Positions 10,071 through 21,817 of a DNA stretch of 64,000 nt are shown here, one piece after another. The DNA comes from Phoronis australis (taxonomy: Eukaryota > Animalia > Phoronida). The stretch is taken from assembly GCA_002633005.1 (NCBI GenBank), contig NMRA01000002.1:264044-328043 (forward strand), given 5' to 3'. A model generated the notes under the pieces. That model saw only the letters and a list, made by a program, of their open reading frames with translations, was not told the DNA's origin and searched no databases. The position numbers were made by a program, and so were the translations under genes. Each line of letters begins with the position of its first letter. Position 1 is the stretch's first letter.

Positions 10071-11698
10071 ATTCCACGGGTGCTTCACTTCAGCCGTCCA
10101 TATCAAACACAGAATGGGTTCACTGCTAAATCACAATCAAGGTCCGTATTCGAGAGTTGACAGTGTTACGGTCTAAAATTTTTTTTTTTGGTCACTTACC
10201 AAATGCCAACTGAATCTCATATGCAAAGAGTTATTTAGTTGTGCAAATCAAAAAATAATAATCAAAATCCTACAATGTTTGAGAAATTTATGCCTGTTTT
10301 TGTCTATAAATTTCATGCATTTTAGCGTTACGAGTGGCCACTTTAAAAATTACAATTTTCAACTGTCAACAGTAGAAAAGAAATTTATTTTATTAAGTAT
10401 TAGATATAACTGGGAATAACTTGAGTCACTTTCAGAATCACTTAATAGATGAAGTTGTGCTTAATCATTAAGAAATGGTAGGGTTCATCATAAAACAGGC
10501 ACTCGTTACGATATTTGTAAATTCTGTGTTTCTAACCCTCACCTACTGTAAAGAAGGTTAAGAAATAAAAGTTCATACTCTGTAAAAAAAGAACTACAGA
10601 ATGTGTTAGCCTAGGCAACACAGCAAATTATTCAATGTTTAAACAAACCAAAAGTTTGGATATTGACTGGGTTCTGCTATGTTGCAAATGGGCCAAAAAG
10701 GCTAACAAAATGTAGTGTGCATACCCCCATGTGGAATTCAGAACACAAATGGTCATTGCAAATGAAATTATTGCCTTTTAAATAACAACATGGTGCTTAT
10801 TATCATCAAAGAAAAATAAATGGCCATACAACAAAATTTTGTCTCCGACCAGGCACTCTATTAGCCGTACAACTTGGTACAATCCTGCTCCTTAAACCTG
10901 GTGAACTGTAGATTCTTTCGTCGCTATGGTCATGAAAGCAGACGAGGAAATCAGAGGCACTCAAATCTTGATTTGATGGAGTTCGTGACCTCTAGAGAGT
11001 TGCTCGCTTGCCTGTGTAGGAGGCGCTGTTCGAACAGAATGCCTGTGGATTAACAAGATCGACAGATGGCATCACAAGTGGACCTGCGCTGAGTGCTTTT
11101 CGAGGATTGTTTTTTGTTGCCATTCTGCGAGTGGTAGTTGACCCATTTTGCAAGTGTGAGAATGGCATTGTGGTAAAGTGAGGTCACGTTTGGCGAGTTG
11201 AGCAACGAAAAACTGAATTCACATTTGGCGAGTAAGCCTCAAGCCCAGGTCGCCAACTACAATTGTAGCTCGCAGAGTGTGAGCTTGTACTCGCCAAATC
11301 GGACCCTGACATAGAAGGACACCTTAGGAGGCTGTTGATGTCTTTAATTCCTTCCAACTCAAATACTGGTGTTATCAAACTTTTTCTTCGAGCAGTGCTT
11401 CGTTCAGTTCCCAAAATCNGACGCTGATATTTGGCAGTAACAAGTCTTAACATACACTCTATGCGACAGGCTATCGGCAAATTGTGCAGTTATCTCCCCT
11501 CGCTTATAAATTCCTGCTTTTGTGTATTTCTTATGAAGGGCTGCTGGCAAGATTTAGCGCATGCGCAGTAGTGCATGTTACAAATTTCTGGCGTTGAGTA
11601 GTGTACAGCTTTGTACCGAGGCTAGGTTGTGTCCTATGCTAAGACATTGTCATTGAAGTCATTGAACAAAAAAAATAATAGTTTTGGCATAAACTCAC

Positions 11699-11750
11699 TT
11701 GTCAAACAGGCGACGAATATCACGAACTTCAAAATCTTCAAAGAGTCCAT
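11699..11750 (-). CDS. Candidate first coding exon of the minus-strand gene, copy 2 (MDSLKILKFVIFVACLT, signal-peptide-like)
   Basis: It has an aaagATGG start context, a basic-then-hydrophobic peptide and a phase-1 A|gtgagt donor. It lies 346 bp from the BLOC1S2 ATG in divergent orientation. Confidence 0.55.
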
Positions 11751-12096
11751 CTTTAAACGGGTGAATTTTCCGTGAGTCACGAATTTCCCCTTACCCAACA
11801 TTTTATTAGTCTTTTAAAAGTGTAAGACAAAACAACACCAGCCTCCCGTTCAGTGACGCTAGGACCTCGCTAAAAAGCAAGACTTCGCGAGATTACGTGA
11901 GATATTGCCGTGTATTTAAAATAAGAACACGTGACTTTGACTAGGTTTTAGCTAGGTCCTAGCGTAGGTCCTAGCGTCTACTGAACGCACGCCTGGTTCC
12001 CGGGCCTCACAAGCTGACGTTACGAGTCTGTGTTGGAGACTACTAGCGGCTTCCGGCTTCTCATTTTTGTTAAGGTCAAGGTCGTAAACTTTAAAA
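11751..12096. promoter_or_regulatory. Bidirectional promoter region, copy 2
   Basis: The region is CpG-rich. It contains AP-1 TGAGTCA (11773-11779), a half-CRE TGACGT, an ETS-like CTTCCGG, and YY1-like AAAATGGCG at the ATG. Confidence 0.55.
11837..11997. mobile_element. Small MITE-like inverted-repeat element inside promoter copy 2
   Basis: It has ~31-bp imperfect TIRs ACCAGCCTCCCGTTCAGTGACGCTAGGACCT / AGGTCCTAGCGTCTACTGAACGCACGCCTGGT. No clear TSD. Confidence 0.6.
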
Positions 12097-12136
12097 ATGG
12101 CGGATAACGATGAGGAAGTTCGAAAGGATGTCACAG
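12097..12136 (+). CDS. BLOC1S2: BLOC-1 subunit 2, exon 1
   Basis: It has an aaaATGG start, encodes MADNDEEVRKDVT, and its phase-1 donor is compatible with exon 2. Confidence 0.8.
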
Positions 12137-13599
12137 GTAATGCATTTCTGTCTGGTTCTGGATTTGCATGTCGCCAAGTAGCACCTAAGAAGCTGCGTAG
12201 TAATTGATGTGGAAACGTAAATCATAACTAGTTAGAGTTAACAAAAAATTCTAAGGGTTTTACGGTGTACGGTAACACGATCGAGCGTCCTGCTCAGCCG
12301 TCTGATCGTCGAAGGTATGACACTCGGACTACAAATTCCACGGGTGCTTCTCTTCAGCCGTCCATATCAAACACAAAACTCAATAAATTTACACAAAACG
12401 GGTTCACGACTAAATCTCAATCAAGGTCCGTATTGGAGAGTTGACAGTGTTACGGTCTAAAATTATTTTTTTTGGTCACTTACCAAATGCCAACTGAATC
12501 TCAAGTCATATGCAAAGAGTTATTTAGTTGTGCAAATCAAAAAAGAATAATCAAAATCCTACAATGTTTGAGAAATTTATGCCTGTTTTTGTCTATAAAT
12601 TTCGTGCATTTTAGCGTTACGAGTGGCCACTTTAAAAATTACAATTTTCAACTGTCAACAGTAGAAAAGAAATTTATTGTATTAAGTATTAGATAACTGG
12701 GAATAACTTGAGTCACTTTCAGAATCACTTAATAGATGAAGTTGTGCTTAATCATTAAGAAATGGTAGGGTTCATCATAAAACAGGCACTCGTTACGAAA
12801 TTTGTAAATTCTGTGTTTCTAACCCTCACCTACTGTAAAGAAGGTTAAGAAATAAAAGTTCACACTCTGTAATAAAAAGAACTACAGAATGTGTTAGCCT
12901 AGGCAACACAGCAAATTATTCAATGTTTAAACAAACCAAAAGTTTGGATATTGACTGGGTTCTGCTATGTTGAAAACGGGCCAAAAAGGCTAACAAAATG
13001 TAGTGTACATACCCCCATGTGGAATTCAGAACACAAATAGTCATTGCAAATGAAATTATTGCCTTTTAAATAACAACATGGTGCTTATTATCATCGAAGA
13101 AAAATAAATGGCCATACAACAAAATTTTGTCTCCGACCAGGCACTCTATTAGCCGTACAACTTGGTACAATACTGCTCCTTAAACCTGGTGCTGTAGATT
13201 CTTTCGTCACTATGGTCATGAAAGCAGACGAGGAAATCAGAGGCACTCAAATCTTGATTTGCTGAAGTTCGTGACCTCTAGAGAGTTGCTCGCTTGCCTG
13301 TGTAGGAGGCGCTGTTCGAACAGAATGCCTGTGGATTAACAAGATCGACAGATGGCATCACAAGTGGACCTGCGCTGAGTGCTTTTCGAGGATTGTTTTT
13401 TGTTGCCATTCTGCGAGTGGTAGTTGACCCATTTTGCAAGTGTGAGAATGGCATTGTGGTAAAGTGAGGTCACGTTTGGCGAGTTGAGCAACGAAAAACT
13501 GAATTCACATTTGGCGAGTAAGCCTCAAGCCCAGGTCGCCAACTACAATTGTAGCTCGCAGAGTGTGAGCTTGTACTCGCCAAATCGGACCCTGACATA

Positions 13600-14038
13600 G
13601 AAGGACACCTTAGGAGGCTGTTGATGTCTTTAATTCCTTCCAACTCAAATACTGGTGTTATCAAACTTTTTCTTCGAGCAGTGCTTCGTTCAGTTCCCAA
13701 AATCCGTAACTGGCCATTCAACACTGCACGTGGCAGGTGGTATGACGTACGTCATATCCGCTGTCGTGGGCAGTGTAAAACTGGCCAGTTACCAATTTTG
13801 TAAACTGAACGAAGGACTGCTTGAAGAAAAAGTTTGATAACGGGAGTATTTGTTCAAGTTGGAAGGAATTAAAGACCACCTCCTTAGGTATCTCTTTATA
13901 TGCACGTAAGATATTTATAACAATATGACTTTGGTGCTTTAGTCAGTGTGAGGCATAATTCACCGAAAAGTTTTCGGCATATGAAGCGCCTATAGGAATT
14001 ACACCGTCTCTGTTTAGCCAGACTGTGGTCACTGCGTA
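13600..14038. mobile_element. Older, diverged relative of the 9198-10070 element
   Basis: Inverted arms at 13600-13704 and 13795-14038 resemble that element's TIR (acaccttaggagg..., gaagaaaaagttt.ataacgggagtatttgttc, gcgcctatag). Confidence 0.75.
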
Positions 14039-14065
14039 ACTGTACTGTAGTCTGTAGTTTTGCTT

Positions 14066-14726
14066 CTAGCCAGCCAGCTAGCAGCATAAAGATTATCATC
14101 AAAATACAGACCTCGAAATTGCATGCAGCTCAAGTAGTTCTGCTTGTCACCTTGTCGTGAAACTAATCAACATGTAGAGTGAAAGAGTAGCAAGGGTGCA
14201 TGCAAAATCTGGAAATCAACCAACACTCACCTTGCCCATTACAGCCGAAGTGAAAAGCAATCTAATGAACGTCAAAAGCGTAATTCTCCACCTTTTGTAA
14301 CAAAGAAGTTTTTCTTCGGTTTGAAAACAGTACGTGCCATTTCCTAAATTTTTGCGACATTTCTCGAGAGATGATGACAGCTTCAATGCAGCAAAGTTTG
14401 TTCTTGAAATCTGTTTGCTGGTATTAGAATACTGAAAACTTAAAATAAAATGAATCAGTTCCGATTATTTGTTGTGACATGTATGCAACCTTGTAGAAGA
14501 GAACAGTTGATTGAAGAATCGGGGAAAAAAGAAAGTAGCCAATAGGTGACGCAATATTTCTTGGCACCAAAATCCGACTTAGATCACACCAAAGTATTAG
14601 CTGTAGATTAACAGTAGAACCCTAATTTTTCAAATACCGATAAATAATTTAGTTTACTCATGGAAGAATGTGGATTTTAATGATACTAGTTTTGTATATA
14701 TAGTATACAGTTTTGCACCAAGGCTA
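14066..14726 (+). repeat. Interspersed repeat, paralogous to 5488-6180
   Basis: See the 5488-6180 entry; this copy ends in tacagttttgcaccaaggcta. Confidence 0.8.
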
Positions 14727-15462
14727 AGGGCAGTGTTCCTGTTCGAAAGCGCTCATATTTTTAGCTTTTTAAAAGATGAAATGAAAAACAAACAATACTT
14801 TAGAAATCGTAAGCTGTGAATAATATGATGTACCAATACATCAATAATTACTTACCTCACAGTGTTTTGTCATACTTAACAAGTCATCTAAAAAGTTAAG
14901 CCATGTTTGTTATAAGATTGTTACTGATTGACCTCTGGTTCATGCAGCGCACATCTTGCTGTCTTTTGGACAGGCAGAATTTATTTTAGATGGGTTCGGC
15001 AGGATGGGCATAAGTAAATTAAGAATAGAAAAATTAGGCTTGAAATGATGACCATTTTCTTGATTCTTTCAGCTGGTCAGTTGGCACTAAAATAGATCTG
15101 CCATCAATAACTCAGAAATAAAAACTTTACTTCACTGAAAAGTGTGTTCTTATCTCACTTCTAAATATTCCACGGCGTGCGGCGCACTGTTTTGTGTGTG
15201 GCAGTTGGGTATATTTCTGATGGAAATGAACATTTGTAGATGTTTGTCATTGCTTCACATATAACGAATGCTTTGCCATTGTTCTAGAAACTAAATTCCA
15301 GAGGGCGTAATCAGAACACAAACTCCTTTCAGAACAATTGTGTCATGTGAAGAGGTCAGTAGAGATCCAGATAGGATTTTATTCTATAACTTTATATAGT
15401 AACAGCTTGATGTGCTGCACAGTATTGGAAGCCTAATTCAGTGATTTCTTTTTTGTACTTAG

Positions 15463-15582
15463 TTGAACCACCACAGATTGAAGTGGGTCATGATGCAGTT
15501 GAGTCTACACCACCCGATGTGATGGGGTTGGCCGAAGACACATTCCATAAACTTTCGCAATACTTGCATGGGGAGCTGACTA
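15463..15582 (+). CDS. BLOC1S2: BLOC-1 subunit 2, exon 2
   Basis: ttag/gtgagt splice sites bound 120 nt encoding VEPPQIEVGHDAVESTPPDVMGLAEDTFHKLSQYLHGELT. Confidence 0.92.
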
Positions 15583-15829
15583 GTGAGTATAGTTCAAAGA
15601 GTTGTAGAAACACAGGAAATCATCGGCTGTTCCAGATTGATGTTCTGTTATTACTGTCTGTCATTTTCATAAAGCTGCATTTTGTGGGTGTTTAGCTGTC
15701 AATTTTGAATTCTTAACCATTTAGCATTTTGGATTTTAGAAGCATGGCATGCTCATCCATTCTTGAATTGTTGCCAGATAAGCTTGTTACTCAAGTCACA
15801 GGCAATGTGTTCATGCGCCTTTTTCAAAT

Positions 15830-18350
15830 GTGGAATTTTCATGCGCCCACATATATTTGTGGGCGCATTACGCTGTATCCCCAAAACTATAGGATGGATG
15901 TTCATGAAATGTTTGCAGATGTGTTCTTGTCATGGATTGGACAGCATGAGCGTCTCCTCAGACAGATTCGACCATCAGCCTGTGCCTCAGTGGCAATTAA
16001 TTTTAGTTTCTCATGTTTGCCTCTATATCTTCTGAAATCCTTAGCAGCTTTTCAAAAAAATTGACAAATGGACATCTATCAGGGAGGAAAAGGCCACTTT
16101 TTTGTTTTTGGATGCATTCGGTGTATTGTGCACCACTTAGTGATGATTTCTGTATTTGAGTCTGTTTTTGAGCCTGTTTTTTTTTTGACATGTGCCTCTC
16201 TCTGGGCTCTCTGGGCCAAAGCACTCTGAGAATCATGAAAAGTGGTATACGTGTTCCCAAAGAGCACGGGTGGCTCTTGACTGCTGTGGTTTCCTCTAGT
16301 GGAATTTTTTATGTCTTTGTCTGTGTCTGTATCTCTCAAACCCTCTGCAGGATTCGTGTTGAATTTGACGTGTGTTTCTATGAAGGTGACAACGGATGAC
16401 GACGACTTTCGGATGGATCCGACTATTGCTGTGGCCCTTGAAGTCAATGTTATTTGGAGCTCCTTGATGGATTTTTATGAAATTTGGCAAATAGGTTTTT
16501 ATTAAAGAGGCAATGACAACTTTCTGTTTTTAGATGGATTTTACATAATATACGCTGCCAAGTGGCGACACATAAACATGTGACACATTATGCTGTCGTC
16601 CCTATCCCTGCGTCCAGCGTCCATCCAGCATCCATTCAGCTATATCTCCGAAACNGGCAATTAATTTTAGTTTTTCATGTTTGCCTCTATATCTTCTGAA
16701 TTCCTTAGCAGCTTTTCAAAAAAATTGACAAATGGACATCTATCAGGGAGGAAAAGGCCACCTTTTTGTTTTTGGATGCATTCGGTGTATTTTGCACCAC
16801 CTAAGTGATGATTTCTGTATTTGAGTCTGTTTTTGAGCCTGTTTTTTTTGACATGTGCCTCTCTCTGGGCTCTCTGGGCCAAAGCACTCTGAGAATCATG
16901 AAAAGTGGTATACGTGTTCCCAAAGAGCTCTTGACTGCTGTGGTCTCCTCTAGTTGAATTTTTTATGTCTTTGTCTGTGTCTGTATCTCTCAAACCCTCT
17001 GCAGGATTCGTGTTGAATTTGACGTGTGTTTCTCTAAAGGTGACAACGGATGACGACGACTTTCGGATGGATCCGACTATTGCTGTGGCCCTTGAAGTCA
17101 ATGTTATTTGGAGCTCCTTGATGGATTTTTATGAAATTTGGCAAATAGGTTTTTATTAAAGAGGCAATGACAACTTTCTGTTTTTAGATGGATTTTACAT
17201 AATATACGCGGCCAAGTGGCGACATATAAACATGTGGCACATTATGCTGTCATCCCTGTCCCTGCGTCCAGCATCCATTCAGCATCCACTGCTCTATCTC
17301 CGAAACCCTTTGATATACGTTCATGAAATGTTGCACATATGTTCCTTTCATGGATGGGACAGTACTTTGAGTGAACTTTCGGATGGATCCAACTACCGGT
17401 GTGCCCCCTAGTGGTAATTTTAGTTTTTTTGCGTTTACGTCTGTATCTTGAAAGGACAGCACATTCATAAAATTTGGCAGCTAGCCATCTATTAGTGAAA
17501 TGAATAGGTTTCTTTTAAAAGTCCACGGATAAATTTGACGTATAGCAGCTTTTATTATCATGAAATTTTGCAAATATGTGTCTATTCAGGAGACAACGAT
17601 GCTTTTTCATTTTCGGGCAGATTTGACATATTCTGCACCACTTGGTGGCCATTTTACAAAATTTTTGTACGTTTTTGACTTCACCCTCACCATCCACCAA
17701 ACAGCTTGAAGGATCATTATCAAAATTTGAAGATGTGTTGCTAATAAGAAGACGGAGACTGACGTTAATTTTCGGACGTGTTCAACTACTGTGGCACCCT
17801 CTAGTGGCAATTTTTTGTGTTCACGGCTGTATCTCCTTTACCCATCACAAGGTCTTTCTGAAATTTTGTTGATATGTTCCTATGATGGAGATGGCAAAAA
17901 ATGACGGCCACTTTCAGACCTATTCAACTATAGCTGTGCTCCACAGAGGCAATTTTATTTTTTACTTTTGCCTCTGTAACTTAAGAGTTCTTTGCTGCTT
18001 TTTCATGAAATTTGGAAAATAATTTTTTATTATGAAGACGACAGCTCCTTTCCTTTTTGTTATGGATTTGACCTTTTCTGCACCAACTAGTTGCTATTTT
18101 AATTATATTTTAGTCTGTTTTTGTCCTCTGCTTCTGTACCTGCCAAACTACACAGTGGTCCATAATGAAAATTGTCAGATGTGTTCCTACTGACAAGAGC
18201 ATGACTGGCGTGGATTTTCAAATGGGTCCAACTACTAGTGACATTTTTTTGGCATCTACAACTCTATGTCCGAAACCCCATACAAGATATTTTTGAAGCT
18301 TTGCAATTGTATTCCTATTAACTTGATAACAGATCAAAGGATTCGACTAC
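15830..18350 (+). repeat. Modular degenerate repeat (~130-160-bp units) filling BLOC1S2 intron 2
   Basis: Recurrent motifs include atgaaatttg..ag.t.tgttc, actttcggatggatcc.actac and gc(a/c)cc(c/t)ctagtggcaatt. Confidence 0.7.
15992..17306 (+). repeat. ~660-bp direct duplication (15992-16654 / 16656-17306) around a single N; probable contig overlap
   Basis: Two near-identical copies with small indels abut the N at 16655. Confidence 0.88.
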
Positions 18351-18837
18351 TGCAAACCAAATTAAAAATTTTCTTTTTCTAGTTTTCATTAAATTAAATA
18401 AGGACCGAATAATATAGTTAACTGCATGCTCCTTACACTGCTTCTAAACTACATTTTTTCACTGTGTTATGAGGAGTAGCACTGATGGTGAATCTGGCTT
18501 CTCACTGGTTAAAAGAGCAAAGAAACATTCAGACTTTCCAAGTAGTCAGAAGGTAGCATTCGGACATTCTGATTATTTGGAAGTTGAGATGCACCTTTGT
18601 GACTTTTGGTTACTACAATAAGACACACAGTCTGTGTTCTGTAACAAACTGTTAACAAAACTAATATTGTTGAATAACTCTCTTACTGTTACATTTGATT
18701 ATGGCAAAGGTCCAAAGAAAGGCACGCGCACTGATGCCCAAACATAGAATACTATATGCCAAAGCATCAATCTTGCACTGTGCCACTCTTCCCGAGATGG
18801 TGCTGTGAAGAAGTGAAATGGTTTCTTGTTCTTGCAG

Positions 18838-18957
18838 GTACATGTGAAGACTACGCGTTACTAGAAAAGATGAACAGAGTTACGCTACACAAATATGCAG
18901 AAATGAAACAGATTGCTGTCAATGTTAGCACAACAATGCATGACCTCAATGAAAAGT
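18838..18957 (+). CDS. BLOC1S2: BLOC-1 subunit 2, exon 3
   Basis: ttgcag/gtgagt splice sites bound 120 nt encoding STCEDYALLEKMNRVTLHKYAEMKQIAVNVSTTMHDLNEK, which matches the BLOC1S2 EDYxLLExMN motif. Confidence 0.96.
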
Positions 18958-19542
18958 GTGAGTGCACCTCATTATTCTAGCCTCTAGCGCAACCTATTGA
19001 GCAAACGGTCACACTAAGTTAGAGCCTTTTGTGTAGTGTTGCCATTGTCTCAAAAGGTTGCGCTAGTCAGACAAAAGTGATTAATGCCAGATTTTGCAGT
19101 CAGGGATTCTGGGGTTTGATCAAACTCATTGTGGAGAAAAAGGTTCACTTTAAGTGCAAAGCTTGTGCATAAAAATTTATAAGTTGATGCAGTAAACAAA
19201 TGAAAATGTTGAAAATTGTGTGTTGGCTATCAGTTGAATGCGGTAACCCAAATGAGTGTGATATGCTAATTAGTACATGTGAACTGCTAAGTGTATTTGG
19301 CCATGGAGTGAATGTGGTGGAATTTTGGTGACAAAATACTTTTTAACTCAGTTACAAAGGGCAGAATACAAACTGAAAGTCTTCAAGACAAGCATGTTAG
19401 CATGTTGTCATGCCACCATTTGCTGGATAACAGGGGGCAGTACCAGTTAGTGGTGTTGCTGGTTTCCATGTTTGTGTGCAAAGGAGTCCCGTCGATGTGG
19501 TCAATTGAAGTGGATGCCTCAGTGAAGTATTGTTTGTTTCAG

Positions 19543-19647
19543 ATAAAAATCTACAGCCTTACCTAGACCAGATTGATCAGATAGAGCAAAATGTGGCCAA
19601 TTTGGAACAGGCGGCGTATAAGCTTGACGCATACTCAAAAAGATTAG
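19543..19647 (+). CDS. BLOC1S2: BLOC-1 subunit 2, exon 4
   Basis: ttcag/gtaata splice sites bound 105 nt encoding [35 protein letters not shown], the hallmark BLOC1S2 sequence. Confidence 0.97.
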
Positions 19648-20477
19648 GTAATATTCACTGCCTCTGTGCAGGATGTGGGGTCTTTAAAACTACAAAATTT
19701 TATACCTCATATCATGCACATTTATGTTCTAAGCATGGTCAAGTAAATGAACATCAGTACTTTTTTCGATTATTTAGGACCCCACAAGAACATCAAATGT
19801 TGACTAATGTCGGAACATCATATCTCAAAAAGGGCTGATCGGATTCATTGAAAACGTTCACATACTTTGCTTAATGTGCTGTTCTTTAAAAGATTTTTTT
19901 AATTTTCTGCTTTAGCTTAAAAGGTTTTCAAAATTTGTGACTAAAAAATTTTTATGAAAAATAAAAGATGAATAAAAATTAAAATAAAATGAACAGGTAG
20001 CTTGAAAACTTTACAGTGTTTTTTCAGATTTCATCTTGAACACTTACATCATTCTGTTTGATGATACTTACCATTTCTCTTTTGCGAAATTTTACCGAAA
20101 AGACATGGTCCCATGACCCAATTATTAGCAATTTGGTATAAGATCATAAATCAAATTCTGCATGTCTTCTACTTTGATGAAATATGTACTTTTATTGAGT
20201 TAAAGAAATAATGTACATATACACAGAGCTGTCGTTAAGGTCTGACATAATCGTAATGTTTTTGTCTTGTTTGCGAGAAAGCATTTTTGAATTAAAGTGG
20301 AGTCAGTTGAAAAACTAAATGAATCCCTTACGCATGTTACCGAAAGTTTTCTTTTTGAAAGTACTTGAAGCATATCAGTTAAGTGCGCACCATTTTTCAA
20401 ACAGTTATTCTCTACATTGTATTTATTTTTTCAGCTTACTTTGTTTCGCTCTCATTTTTTGTTTTATTTTATTTCAG

Positions 20478-20509
20478 AAGTCAAGTTTAAAACGGTGGAA
20501 AAGCGATGA
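20478..20509 (+). CDS. BLOC1S2: BLOC-1 subunit 2, exon 5 (stop)
   Basis: A long pyrimidine tract and ttcag acceptor precede EVKFKTVEKR*. The spliced CDS is 417 nt (138 aa). Confidence 0.93.
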
Positions 20510-20762
20510 AAATGAGATTAATATTTTAAGGCACATTTCATTTCAACTCGATGCCTAAAATCCAATCAAATTATGCTACCAAGTTACTCAGCCACGCAAA
20601 ATACTTCTCAAATAGTTCTTCACTGTGAGTGGCAATTATCTCCATCTCCAAAGAAGAAAGTAAGGTCATTGGCTAGATAAAGCAGTGTTAACAGTCACCA
20701 CTTCTGACTGGGTAGCCTAACCTTTCAAAACTGGTCAAGAATGCTTTGTGTCAATTATGAGT

Positions 20763-20920
20763 GACTTGAGAGTTAAGTCAGAAATTTGGTCTTATGGTTC
20801 ATACAACTTTGTTTGAAAAAAATTAAATCTCACTGTCATGTAAAAAGTCTATAAGTTTCCGAGAATATGCACATAACTGGTTGTTACTGAGACCAAATTT
20901 CTGTCTTTAAGTCTTTAGTC
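20763..20920. mobile_element. Hairpin MITE remnant (related copy ~36290-36510)
   Basis: Inverted arms read gacttgagagttaagtcagaaatttggtct / agaccaaatttctgtctttaagtctttagtc. Confidence 0.55.
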
Positions 20921-21578
20921 AGTTTGATGAAACAGAACCCTGGGTGGATAAACAAGATGATTTAAGTTGACAATAACGAACTGTAATGTAATGTAATTCA
21001 TCCACGGACATTTGCGTGGGTTACTTGAACATCAAATCACACAACAATGATAACATTTGTTAAATGCTTGTTATTTATGACCTGCGGTCGATTGTAAAAG
21101 GATGGTGAGTCTAACATGTTGTGAATAGGATGGTCGTGGATTACACAGTGACACTTAGATCTTTTGGTATTTACCCATCATGCTGATAGATCCATCAAGC
21201 AGTTCTTTAGCCTCGTTTTTGCGCCATTGGAGTCCCTCATGTAATTTGATGCTGTCTTGCTTTTTCAAGTTTTTTCGACTGTATTCATTGTATTTGTCGT
21301 TCCCATGCAGTGAAGTTTTACTGCTGTGCTGCAGGCAGCAACTCTGACGACAGAAATTTGGATAAATGTGACAAGTATCCGTGAATGCAAAATTTTTCGA
21401 CATCATTCCTACAATCACCCCCAACATTTCTAAGACGAGGCCAATGTAACGAGGCATTTTTCTACCTCCAAGACAAAGGAGATTTCTATCCAGGACCATC
21501 CTATTGTATGCTATGACTATAATTACGTTTGCATTGTTGAAATATGGTAAAATTACCCTCTGCGTATTGTGGGTGATT

Positions 21579-21817
21579 GAGGAGTCAGTGTGACCTATTG
21601 GGATAAGTGTTCACTTCTTTTACTCAGGGTCATGGGTTCGAGTCCCACTGTTGCACGCTGCTAAACCCTCGAGTGAGCTCTGTAGCTCCTCAGCTCAGTT
21701 TTAACTATTTATTTAAATTCAGCATAAAAGTGGTTCCAGGTGATCAGTGCAATAGGCCCTCCTGAGCAGCTTGTACACATCTGGTACAGTGTGTACCAGA
21801 CAGCCTACAGTTATTTT
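21579..21817 (+). mobile_element. tRNA-headed SINE-like element, copy 2
   Basis: It has a B-box GGTTCGAGTCC and is colinear with 1852-2093, including ctaaaccct, tagctcctcagctc and tctggtaca..gtgta.cagac. Confidence 0.7.

Larger units (their letters stand above)
8620..11418 (+). repeat. Copy 1 of a duplicated block (copy 2 = 11599-13704); probably an uncollapsed haplotype
   Basis: It is near-identical to copy 2 apart from indels and an 873-bp insertion, and ends exactly at the single-N join at 11419. Confidence 0.9.
11599..13704 (+). repeat. Copy 2 of the duplicated block
   Basis: It matches 8620-11418 and continues into the rest of BLOC1S2. Confidence 0.9.

Noticed and set aside
16079-17159. 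Duplicated 122/144-aa ORFs (MTSRATAIVGSIRK...)
   Set aside because: They lie within a non-coding modular repeat duplicated at a contig join. The frames diverge between copies and there is no recognisable domain.
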